Shown here in pieces: positions 53,701 through 64,000 of a stretch of 64,000 nucleotides of DNA. A program made the position numbers and the translations under genes. The notes under the pieces are model-generated. The model did no database searches. It saw nothing but the letters and a program-made list of their open reading frames with translations, and had not been told where the DNA came from. The stretch is from Podarcis gaigeae (Eukaryota): NCBI GenBank assembly GCA_964106915.2, contig OZ066915.1. One strand, given 5' to 3'. Each line of letters starts with the position of its first letter. The first letter of the stretch is position 1.

Positions 53701-56700
53701 AACCTTGGGCTTAGGGATTGAATGTGGCCCTCTGGGCCTATCTATCTGGCCCTTGGAAGATCACCCAAACGGAAATGTGGCCCTCTGACTTAAAAAGGTT
53801 CCTTCTCCATCCCTGCCTTAATTCTAGCAGAGTGTTGATGTGGAATTGCATGCGGTGGGCAGGAGCATCCCAAGACAACAAAAGTTGGTTAGAATTAGCT
53901 AGGAAAGAGAGATTAATTAGAATAAAGGTGAGAGAGAGAACAGAAGGACACAGAAATAGAGATTTATAGTTTTAGACATTGCTGGTATTAATCTTACTGG
54001 GAATACTGGTTAAAAATCATTGTCTGGTTATTGTTTAATTTTTCAATAAATATTTATAACTACTTTGGCATTCAACTACAATCGCATATTTTTTGTCCCT
54101 CAAAGTAGACTTGCTAACTGGTCCTCCTGATGCCCACTGATGTACATCAAATATCTTGGGCCGCTGAACTTTCAACACAGGCTGTATTTATGAATTCCAG
54201 ACTCAAAATGCCTGGGTACATGTACGCAACACTTAACATGGCTTAATTTAGTTCAAGGGCTAGGGAACCTTTTTCAGTCCATGGACCACATTCCCCATGG
54301 GCAATTTGCCAAGGATGGCATCCTTGTGGCAGACAGAGCCTGAGGCACTGGTGTCTGTGGTTAGAGGCAAAATTGGGCAGAGGAGGTGTCACCTGGACTG
54401 AGAGAGGTGGCCTGGGGAAGGTCCACAGGGCCAAATAGAAAAGCCTGGAGATCCACATTTGGCCCCTAGGCCTGAGATACCCCTCCCTGGTCTATATGCT
54501 TTAAGATAGGAATGGCAAATCTATCAGCACCTAGGTGGTAGCCCATGTTGGAATCCCATGAACGTGGTTCTGAACTCTTTGTTAGATCACTGGGACAAAT
54601 TGTAATGAATTAAACAGCAGCCATGTTCAGATATTTGCAACAGTAGTTTTCAGACTGTGCTTCTAGGAAACCTGCGAGATTATCAGAAATGGCAAACAAA
54701 CTTCACTACATGGCATTTTGTCTGAGGCAGTGGCATGGCCCAATAATCCTGGCTTAACACCCCATATGAAAACATCCTACACAAAGCTTCAAGGGTGTAA
54801 GATTCCCCCCCCCCCCCAGCATATAAATCATGGCGAGAAAGATCCTAAGAATGAGGTCAGTTTAAAAACGAAACGAAATACTAGTACAAGAATGTGTGTT
54901 AAAAGCATTCATGCCCTTGCCTTTACAGAGCTTGCATGGAACAGGGAATGTAGAACTACTTTGGAATACATATGCACCCAGATAACCTCAGCGTTTTTTG
55001 TCGTGTCCCACTGTGTTGTGGGGCTGATGCACACATTATTCCCATGGTGAACTAACGGTGTTCGGCTGTATTAAAACTTCTGTGTGATTTGTTTCAGAGG
55101 GTAAAGAGAAAAGGCCTGACTGCCCCTATGTCTACGTTGTTCGCAAAGATCTAGATATATACTCTCAGACTTTGAGGAAGCTTTTCAATGAATCACATGG
55201 GATCTTTGTCGGCCTTCAGAAGGATGAGAAGGAAAAGCTTGGGAAGTCAAGGACTGCCCAGTAAGTGATTTAAAATCATGTTCTGAGATCATCCAGGTAG
55301 GGCCAGGGTGCTATAGTGATTTACTATTTGATTTGCAACAAAACCCTATGAGTGTGAGTGTGCATAGCATTGCAGCCTCAGCACATTGACCTTATTTAAT
55401 CTGAATGTTTCTTCTGTAGCCACTGCTATTTTCATGAATGTTCATTCACTCGCTGTCTACCAGAGGGATGCAACACCCTAAATAATGCTGAGGGATACCA
55501 GTGTGGCAACAGAGAGTACATTTAGTTCATACTGCTTTCCAAGCTCATGCATGATGCTTGGAAAGGGTCTGTCCGTAATTTTTTTCTTTTTAACTCATTC
55601 TAATCAGACTCTTCTACTTTTGTCAGGTTGGTTCGAGTGAGCAAAAACTACCGCTCAGTCATAAGAGCCAGCATGGAAGATTCTCATCAGTTAGCTAGTA
55701 AGTTGTCCTACAGTGTTAATGTGAAATGTGGTGGACTCGAGTCCACAATATATGCATTTTTTTGTTTTGGCAAGCTGATCCAAACGTATGAATTTGTTGT
55801 GTATACTTGTTTATAAATTCTGTTGATTTTATTTTAAACAGTTTTATTATGTCTTACTTGTTTTTGAGATTTGTTGATTATATTTTGAGAAACGCTATTT
55901 TGTGTAAACTGCTTAGAGATTTTAATCAAGTGGTCTATATGTAGATTTTGTAATCTATGCTCTTCATTCAGTGAGCTACGCTACTAAGTGGTCTGTCTGA
56001 TATAATTTGTGAGATGATAACAATAAGAAAGTAGTCCGAATGGCTCATGAAACTGAGCTGGTCCTACAAGAAGTCAGTTTGGAAATCTTTTGAATCCCAG
56101 GCTCCACTGGGGCCCAGAAGGTTCAGGTGATGGGGCCTTGGCACAGGAATAAGAACTACAGCCTTTTGAATGTAGCTGATAAAAGTGCTAATTAACTAAG
56201 TACACTGAAGAATGTACGGTGGTACCTCGGTTTAAAAACAGTCTGGTTTAAGAACGAATCAGTTTACAAACTCTGCAAAACCGGAAATAGTGTCCCAGTC
56301 TGAGATCTTTACCTCAGTCTAAGAATGGAATCTGAACAGTGGAAGGGCAACGGCAGCGGGAGGCCTAATTAGGGAAAGCGCGCCTTGGTTTAAGAACAGA
56401 CTTCCAGAATGGATTAAGTTGGTAAACTGAGGTACAACTATACTGGTCTCTCCATACGGAATGGTAGATCTGGAGTGTAAATGTTTCTTTGGCTCAGAGA
56501 GCTAAGAAAAAGGAGAAAACCCTGACTTGTATATTTTTCTTTTGTTAGTTTCAACACAGGACCCAGCACTCCACATGCAACACAGCACTGAGGTAACCTA
56601 AATATATTTTTTGGGTGACATTTGAGAATAACTTTTTTGCTAGCATCCGCCACAGAGCTTTGCAGCACTGCTAATTTCTTTTCAGTTAGTTTTTTGGATT

Positions 56701-59700
56701 CTGTCAGAATCCCAACTGCTCTTGTTGCTTAATTGTCTTGGAAATACAGGCCTACCTTGGAGGTGTTGTGGATTCGGTTGCAGACCACCGCAATAAAGCA
56801 CTGACAGAAATTTTCCAGAAAGAACAAGTGCCATGATAACTTATTGTTATGTAGCACTGTCAGCAACTGCAACCTGTCATAAACTCAGTTCTAAGCTGTA
56901 TTCATATTTATTAAATTTCTGTCCCTCCTTTCATCTGAAGGTCACAGAGCGGTTAGCAATATATTTAAAGTATTGCTATATATTCTATAAAGTGGAGTTC
57001 ATCTAGTTGTGCACAGGATATTACTCACTGTAGTTTGATCTTTGTATTTAAAAAAAGAAATAAAAAGGAGATATTTAGTGCCTGTGGAAGCAGCCAGATA
57101 CTAATAAACCATGGCAAAATCTTCTGAAGTGATATCCTATGCTACCAAAAATGCTTGCTGTTCTTGGTGGCCAGCCACGCAAATTTGTTCTCACCACTGA
57201 GACTGCCTCTTAAGAGGTGTAAGGTCATGTAACACAATGCTGAGTTTCAAAGGTACTCAAGACAGCAGAGGGGCAAGCACAAACCTCTGGATGAACCACT
57301 TCCCCACCTCCAGGAAAAAGAGGGAGGAAGGGATGCTTCAGATTCATGCCTACAAGGTGAACTTTAAGAACTGGTGTAGTATGTGCTCAATCATTTGTGC
57401 CAACCAGCACCCTGGCTGCTGCATTCAGCGCTGGTTGCAGCGTCCAAACTCTCTCCAAGGGCAGCCCCACGTAGAGTGCATTGCAGCAGCCTAGCCTTGA
57501 GGTTGCCAGAACGTGGATCCCTGAAGCCAAGCTGCCTCTGCTCAAGAAAAGCTGTAGCTAACATATTCATGTGAAGTTGACTCCAAGCTCAACACGTTAG
57601 GTGTGTCATCTTTAAATTGGCGTCTGTTTTCCTCAGGTGTCCACTTTGTCTGCGATGGAGTTGATCTGGAATCTTTGTGAAATCATGTTCATCGAAGCAG
57701 CACCAGGTGAAAATTGGACTAAAATGAAGTCAAAATGGCATGTTTTTTGTGTTGGAAGTCTCTGCAGGTCGCTTTTTTTAAAAAAACGAGATACAGTGGT
57801 ACCTTGGTTTCTGAACGTAATCCGTTCTGAAAGACTGTTTGAGTTCCAAAACGTTCAAAAAACCGAAAACACCCTACAGAAGCATCAAAATGGAAAACTC
57901 AAAATGGAAAACTCAATACGGAAGCCGTGTTTCAAGTTCGACTTCCGAGGCATCTTCAAAAACCGAAGTACTTCTGGGTTTTCGGCGTTTGAAAACTGAA
58001 ACGTTCATCAATGGAGATGTTCGAAAACCGAGGTACCACTGTACAAGAAGAAGAAGAAGAAGAGTTCACTACCTGAAGGAGTCTCAAATCGGCTAACATT
58101 ATCCTTTTCCCTTCCTCCCCAACAACAAACGCTCTGAGGTCAGTGGGGCTGAGAGACTCCAGAGAAGTGTGACTAGCCCAAGGTCACCCAGCAGCTGCAT
58201 GTGGAGGAGCGGGGACAAGAACCCGGTTCTCCAGATTATGAATCTACCGCTCTTAACCACTACACCACACTGGCTCTTAAGGGAATGTCCTCAAAGTTAT
58301 CTCCTTCACTGCCCTCTTATGTGCCCAGAGATGTCACAAAGTGAAGGAGAAGCCTTGCCTTCAGAGCAGTGGCTGGTGCTTCAAGGATTGGCACTCTTCA
58401 GGCAAGAAGCGGGGCAGCCTAGATGGGATAGACTGGATGGAGGCACTTCTAAGGCCTCATCCAACTCCAGCCTTGTCTCCAGAGCTTTCTGTAGTGCTGC
58501 AACCAATGGCCCGCCTTGCTTTGTGTGTGTTTGCTCTGGATGGTCAGAACAGTGCCAGCATATGCCATGGACCACGTACAGTGGTGCCTCGCAAGACGAA
58601 AAGAATCCGTTCCGCAATTCTCTTCGTCTAGCGGTTTTTTCGTCTTGCGAAGCAAGCCCATTGACGGATTAGCGCTTTTAGCGGCTTTTAGCGGCTTAGC
58701 AGATCAGCTGATAAGCGGCTTAGCGGCTTAGAAAAAGGGGGGGAAGGGGGGGAAATGCAGGAACTCTCAAGACATTTTCGTCTTGTGAAGCAAGCCCATA
58801 GGGAAATTCGTTTTGCGAAGCGCCTCCAAAACGGAAAACCCTTTTGTCTAGCGGGTTTTCCGTCTTGCGAGGCGTTCGTCTTGCGGGGCACCACTGTATT
58901 GGGGGTGGAGGGACGAATTTGAGGTGAAACTTCCCATGACATGTATGCCCAGTGAGTTAATTCACATGTGAGCTCATTACGGTAAACCTGGACAGTCTTC
59001 TGTGTAGGAAATGGGGTTTTGTTTGAAGTTGCCCACAGAGCATCAGCGAGCAAGTAAGAGTGACATTCTCCAATAACATTAGCTAAGGCAGAGCAGACAG
59101 CATTTATTCTCATCTGTGGGCTAGCACAGTAGGTTAAAGGAGAAGAGAGTAAAAGCATGTGAGTTTATGCACCCTTTTCGGAAGCATAGTCCCTTAAGCT
59201 CAAATATTTTTGTGCACACTTGAAAAACATAAGAATCGGGGGGGGGCTAAGATTTCTTTTCTGGCAATGCAAAAGAAGAAGAGGAGTTTGGACTTGATAT
59301 CGCGCCTTTCACTCCCCTTAAGGAGTTTCAAAGTGGTTAACAATCTCCTTTCCCTTCCTCCTTCCTCCCCCATAACAAACACTCTGTGAGGTGAGTGAGG
59401 CTGAGAGACTTCAGAGAAGTGTGACTAGCCCAAGGTCACCCAGCAGCTGCATGTGGAGGAGTGGGGAAGCGAACCCAGTTTACCAGATTACGAGTCCACT
59501 GCTCTTAACCACTGCACCATGCAAAAACAAATATCTTTTTTGCAGCTGGTTCTCTCCTGCGTCACCTCCTTGACTGGGTTCGTCTTCATGTGTGTGATGT
59601 GGACAACATGCTTTGCGATGTTCTGAGGAATGAAAGCCCTGCAAAACACAAAAACTTCTGGGATGCGGTGAGTGAGGAATTTTCTTAGCCAGAAAGCATT

Positions 59701-62700
59701 TGCTTCACTCCCCCCCCCCCCCCCCGAAAGAAACCTAGTTCAAACCAAAAATAAAGGACTACTAGGAACGAGTTCTATGAAATGTGCAAGATCTTTTTAG
59801 TTTAAATCAAACAGAATCATCATGAGGAAGGAAGACAGTTACATGTTAAGCATCTGTCAATGTAAGTTGGAAGTGCTGTGTACCAATAATATTTTTTTGA
59901 GCTGATGTTTCAAGACCTTTCCCCAGCAAGATATGCACAAGGGATCTGATGTTCTATCTAGCAACAGATGCACGGTCAGCTCTGCATAATGGCAGCATGT
60001 GTTTTTTATGGTAGGAAGAGGAATAGTCATTTACATTCGTTCTACTTCATGGCTTGGTTGATTGGACTAGTCCTAGTCCCTTCTTTAGGATGCTTACTTT
60101 TCATAAGCTGCTGTATGTGCCACTGCAGCTGCATGCATATCGATTTAGTATGTTAGTATTAACATGTTGGTGCTTTCTTGGGTTCAACTCAGTTGCAAAA
60201 ACCTTCCTTTTTGCTTTTGCAGTTAACTATCTTGGTGCTGCAAGGTCGGATGGACGAAGCTCGGCAACTGCTCTCTAAGGAAGCAAACACCAATCCCACT
60301 TCAGTGAGCATGTGCAAAATTTTGGACGAGTTGATGAAGAAGATGCCTGTTCTCTGTGTATGTAAGATGTTCTTCTCATGCGCAGTGTGGTTTGGTGAAT
60401 TGTCCAAAACCAGTTTGGCATTCAGATTGTGATACCGGTTTCAGATTTTGTGCTGGGAATACATTGCAGTGGTCAGGGAGCCATGATGTCTTCCCAGTTC
60501 AAATTGCGTGCAGATGGCAAAGGCACAGGCAGGCAGAAGGAGCCTGAGAAGGTTCTTGGGCTCCATCTTCTGGTGCCTTTGAGGAAGCCAACCCTCCAAG
60601 GTGGGGAGGAAGAAGCAGACATCGTAGTATATCAGCATATTGCTCTATTTAGCTGCTGATATATCACAACATTGAAAACCAGATATTGCCTAGCCCTACC
60701 TGCCACTCTTCCTCAGAAGAGTCCAGGGTGACGTGTGCAAAACATGCAAACAAAATGCAGTGGTACCTCTGGATATGAACGGGATCCATTCCGGAGCCCC
60801 GTTCACATCCTGAAGAAAACACAACCCGCGCGTGCGTGACATCATTTTGAGCGTCTGTGCATGCGACGAAACCCGTAAGTAATGCGTTCCGTTACTTCCG
60901 AGTCACAGTGGAGCACAACCCAAAAAGACTCAACCTGAAGCAGCTTTAACCTGAGGTATGACTCTACAGGGACACAGGTGGCGCTGTGGGTTAAACCACA
61001 GAGCCTAGGGCTTGCTGATCAGAAGATCGGCGGTTCAAATCCCCGCGATGGGGTGAGCTCCTGTTGCTCAGTCCCTGCTCCTGCCAAGAGTCGGCCACGA
61101 CTGAACCTAATAGTCAGGGGTCCCTTTACCTTTATGACTGTACAACGCAACAGCTGTATGCTGAAAAAATAATTGTAACAGATTAATTAAAACAAAAACA
61201 TGCACTGCTTATTAGGAGCACACTTCTTGCTTATGGAATTGAGAAGGCCTGGCAACGTTCTGCTTGGCCAGTGTTAGCAGTTCATGCATGTGCCTGTTTT
61301 TTGATTATATGAAGTTGCTTTCTTTTGAGTCAGACCATTGGTTCATACAGCTCAACACTGTGAGGGAGCTCTGGCAGGAAATCTCCAAGGTCTCTGAACG
61401 GGTTTTTTCCAGCCACGTTACCTGAGATCCTTGGCAACGCTCAAGGTTGAAATGGGGACTTTCTGCAGCATGTTCTTTCTGCCACTGACAAGGATTAGGT
61501 CATTCTTTTTCATACTGCTTTTCATTGTTGTAGGAAATAGGTTTATTTTGTCTCTGTGAAATAGTTGTGTAATCTTTGGTGCACCTTCAAGAAGAGAGTT
61601 GCTTCTGGGTTTCTGATATGGGCTTACGTATTTCCAGATATTGGATGCAGAAGTGGTGAGGGGAGGGGGGAGTGCAGTACATACAGTGGTACCTCGGGAT
61701 GCGAATGGGATCCGTTCTGGAATCCTGTTCGCATCCTGAAGCGAACTTAATAAGCGACTGCGTGTGCGCGGGTCGCGTTTTGATGCTTTTGCGCATGCGC
61801 GTGATGTCATTTTGATGCTTTTGCGCATGCGCAAGCGGCAAAACCCGGAAGTAACACGCTCTGTTACTTCCGGGTTGCCGCGGAGCGCAACTCGAACTCA
61901 CTCAACCCGAATCACATTCAACTCGAGGTATGACTGTATTTGAAAGGAAGTTCTATTAACATGAATGAAATTGATTATGTGTAAATGTTGACAGAGGTGC
62001 TTGTCAGCGGACCGTTATCCTGTTGTTGTTCTCCATCCCAAGAAAGAAGGTTGTTTCTTGGGAACAAGTGCTTGTTTTGGCATTCCAACATTTGTGCCCC
62101 TTTTCATTGGATAAAACAAAATTTCAAAAAGCTTTCTGTTCATGCAGAGTTGTTTGAAAGCACTGTAAATTATAGTGTAAGATAGATCTAAAACTAGGAA
62201 GAGAGGAAACCAAATTGCATGTTTGTGTCTTCCTTACCAGCCTAGCAACACCCAGACTTTGACGGAGATGGAGCTGAAATGGCAGCATTGGCATGAGGCA
62301 TGCGAACGGTTCCTAAAGGATGGGACATTTGCTTCTAATCCGCACATGGAAACCCTCTGCAAGGTGGGTAAGATTGAAGAATGAAATATTATGGTTGACC
62401 CCATTACTGAGTTTAAAGCAGTTTGGGGTATAGGTTCTGCAATTGCATTGAAGACATTTGGAGCTTGAATCGTTTGGCTGTATTCTTTTCTGTCATACGG
62501 TGATCTTGGGCGAGTCACCAATACGTCAATATCTAGATTTCACTCGTTCACCCAACAAATGGGCTAGGACAAAGTGTTTGTGCAAGGAAGGTATATTTCA
62601 TTGATTGGGTTCTTGTTCTGGAGCTAGGAGGAATGACAGACTCTCAGAAGTGGTCTATAAAACCATAACAGTTCTTACTAAGGCTGAACATCCTTACTGA

Positions 62701-64000
62701 GGATGATTCAACATCATGTATGTTCTCGGGTGTAACAATTTGGGGCTGCTTATTAAGCAGCGCTTTCTGCTGAAAGGTTGCATTGCTAGGACAGCTAACA
62801 CTCTGCTGCTGCACCCAAAACAGGCTACCTACCTAATTTCGGAACATCAGAAACACCTGTGACTGAAGGGGGAAAAGCAAGGAGAGCTTGCTCATGCCCT
62901 TTCTGGCACAACTGCTTTATAGAGTTAGCTCAGTTGGATCTGTTAACAATCCCCCAGACTGGAAGGAATACTGGGGTGCCCAAGGAAATACTAGATCCCA
63001 GGTTCTTGAGACAAGATGACCTGTGTTTTCCAGCCAGATACATCACTTGCTCTTCCTTAACACACCCAATCTTATACTTCTGTAGCATGAGCCCTAGCAG
63101 CCTAGGCTTTGTGGGCTATTACCAGAATCCCTAAGCTTGACAAATACTTATTCCAGACCCCAACAGCCCAATTATATGAAGCTTTATTCAGAAGAGGAGG
63201 AGGAGGAGGAGGCAAATGGACAAAGCAGGTTAAAAATAAACAGGAGCTCTGTGGTTCAGATCTAACTGTGCTGCGCGAAGAACTTAAAAACGGGTTTCTC
63301 AGTCTACTCAGTAGACTCAACAGAACATAGTGGATCAAATGCAGATGGTGGATGATGGGAGGGAGCACTGAAGTGGTTTGTTTTTTCTTCGTCAAGATCT
63401 TGGTGGGAGATGAGAGCGCCATTTTAGAGAAGAAAGACCTCATGACTAATTGGTACCATTTTCTGGTAACCCGGCTGCTGTACTGCCACCCTACCGTGAA
63501 GCACGTGGAACTCCATCTCTACGCACAGGTAACTCGGGGGGGGGGGGAATCACTTTTAGAGTAGAGCCGGCCACAACCTTTGGGCCACCCAAGTGGAAAA
63601 ATGGCTGGCAGTCCTGTCCTTTTGCTCCACCCACGGTTTGCCATGCCTTCTAGCTCATGACAGTGGAAGGAGGAAGTGTTGGGACTGTAGGTGAGCGATG
63701 CTCAAGTACACTGGGTATATCCCAGGCAGAGCCATCTGCCCTTCCTGCCACCGACGCTCATGAGAAGCTTAAGTAGCAAATTTTTGAAAACCACCACACT
63801 TTGTACCAAATCCTACCTGATCAAAAGAGGGCCTTCATTTCATAATTGTGCTTGCCTTGACCTGGGAAAGTGAGCATCCTTGGTGTTGAGTAAACCCTAA
63901 CCCTTTCTGTATTCTGCAGTCGAGCATGGACCTGTTCCTGGGAGCAGAAAGCAGCCCTGAGCCTTTAGACATCATCTTGCTGGCAGCCTTTGAATTAGAT
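50508..64000 (+). CDS. NUP85: Nucleoporin Nup85, 5' part; join(50508..50540,53526..53619,55098..55260,55627..55697,56549..56592,57637..57706,59546..59667,60223..60357,62241..62363,63397..63528,63920..>64000)
   Basis: Eleven exons splice in phase: [36 protein letters not shown].../[15 protein letters not shown].../[17 protein letters not shown].../[16 protein letters not shown].../[10 protein letters not shown].../[14 protein letters not shown].../[15 protein letters not shown].../[12 protein letters not shown].../[27 protein letters not shown]; matches recalled NUP85; gene continues beyond the window. Confidence 0.96.
50694..50818 (-). mobile_element. tRNA-Lys-derived SINE in NUP85 intron 1
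   Basis: Minus strand CAGCTCAGTCGGTAGAGC...GGGTCGTGGGTTCGAGCCCCACG plus CR1-type tail; anticodon arm partly deleted. Confidence 0.82.
51133..51358. mobile_element. Tc1/mariner MITE
   Basis: Near-identical to 165-390; TA TSD. Confidence 0.9.
52701..52907 (-). mobile_element. hAT (Charlie-like) transposase remnant plus TIR
   Basis: Minus frame [26 protein letters not shown] resembles the Charlie/ZBED-type W..C.GI.(T/S)DGA..M.G motif; TIR GAGAACCACTG ends at 52907. Confidence 0.6.
53167..53401. mobile_element. Tc1/mariner MITE
   Basis: TIRs and TA TSD; inverted relative to the 51133 copy. Confidence 0.88.
56217..56440. mobile_element. Tc1/mariner MITE, related subfamily
   Basis: CGGTGGTACCTCGGTTTA...TAAACTGAGGTACAACTA, TA flanks. 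Confidence 0.75.
56747..56798. mobile_element. Tigger1-like terminal fragment
   Basis: TA-CAGGCCTACCTTGGAGGTGTTGTGGATTCGGTTGCAGACCACCGCAATAAAGC resembles the recalled Tigger1 end. Confidence 0.55.
57170..57560 (-). mobile_element. Decayed L2-type LINE fragment
   Basis: Minus frame [20 protein letters not shown] matches the L2 [14 protein letters not shown] motif. Confidence 0.65.
57794..58041. mobile_element. Tc1/mariner MITE, third subfamily
   Basis: CAGTGGTACCTTGGTTT...AAAACCGAGGTACCACTG, TA TSD. Confidence 0.85.
58045..58276 (-). mobile_element. tRNA-derived SINE (Squam3-like) with (CTT)n tail
   Basis: Minus strand GAGCCAGTGTGGTGTAGTGGTTAAGAGCGGTAGA...GGGTGACCTTGGGCTAGTCACACTTC; (GAA)n on plus. 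Confidence 0.82.
58579..58896. mobile_element. Tc1/mariner MITE, fourth subfamily
   Basis: TIRs CAGTGGTGCCTCGCAAGACGAA / TTCGTCTTGCGGGGCACCACTG, TA TSD; internal TTAGCGGC repeats. Confidence 0.85.
59275..59518 (-). mobile_element. tRNA-derived SINE (Squam3-like) just upstream of NUP85 exon 7
   Basis: Same family as 58045; TSD ATGCAAAA at 59267-59274 and 59519-59526. Confidence 0.85.
60758..60964. mobile_element. Tc1/mariner MITE, fifth subfamily
   Basis: CAGTGGTACCTC...GAGGTATGACTC; sister copy at 61684. Confidence 0.8.
60969..61132 (+). mobile_element. Internally deleted Sauria-type SINE inserted at the MITE end
   Basis: Head GGGACACAGGTGGCGCTGTGGGTTAAACC, tail CCTTTACCTTT; 12-bp TSD TATGACT(C/G)TACA. 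Confidence 0.82.
61684..61936. mobile_element. Tc1/mariner MITE, fifth subfamily, CpG-rich
   Basis: CAGTGGTACCTCGGG...CTCGAGGTATGACTG, TA TSD. Confidence 0.85.

Overview
Eukaryotic, intron-rich vertebrate DNA. The repeat content (Sauria-type SINEs, tRNA-derived SINEs with CR1 tails, TA-flanked CAGTGGTACCTC MITEs) points to a squamate, probably a lacertid lizard (inference). The window holds five conserved spliced genes in the order known from human 17q25.1: ARMC7 (+, 3 coding exons, 190 aa), NT5C (-, 5 exons, 202 aa), JPT1/HN1 (-, 5 exons including a 22-nt microexon, 156 aa), SUMO2 (-, 4 exons, 95 aa) and NUP85 (+, first 11 coding exons, runs off the window). I assembled all exons by hand with GT-AG boundaries and consistent reading phase. 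Most ORF-track entries are chance ORFs or exon read-throughs. I found no convincing new multi-gene system. The notable signals are transposon architecture: a nested SINE > hAT MITE > two head-to-head solo LTRs, a LINE fragment whose endonuclease follows ORF1 in frame across a single TGA with no ATG, a structured RTE-type 5' end, and a SINE that may supply the NUP85 exon 7 branch point. JPT1 also shows splice-site variation. Repeat family names are from recalled consensus features, not database searches.
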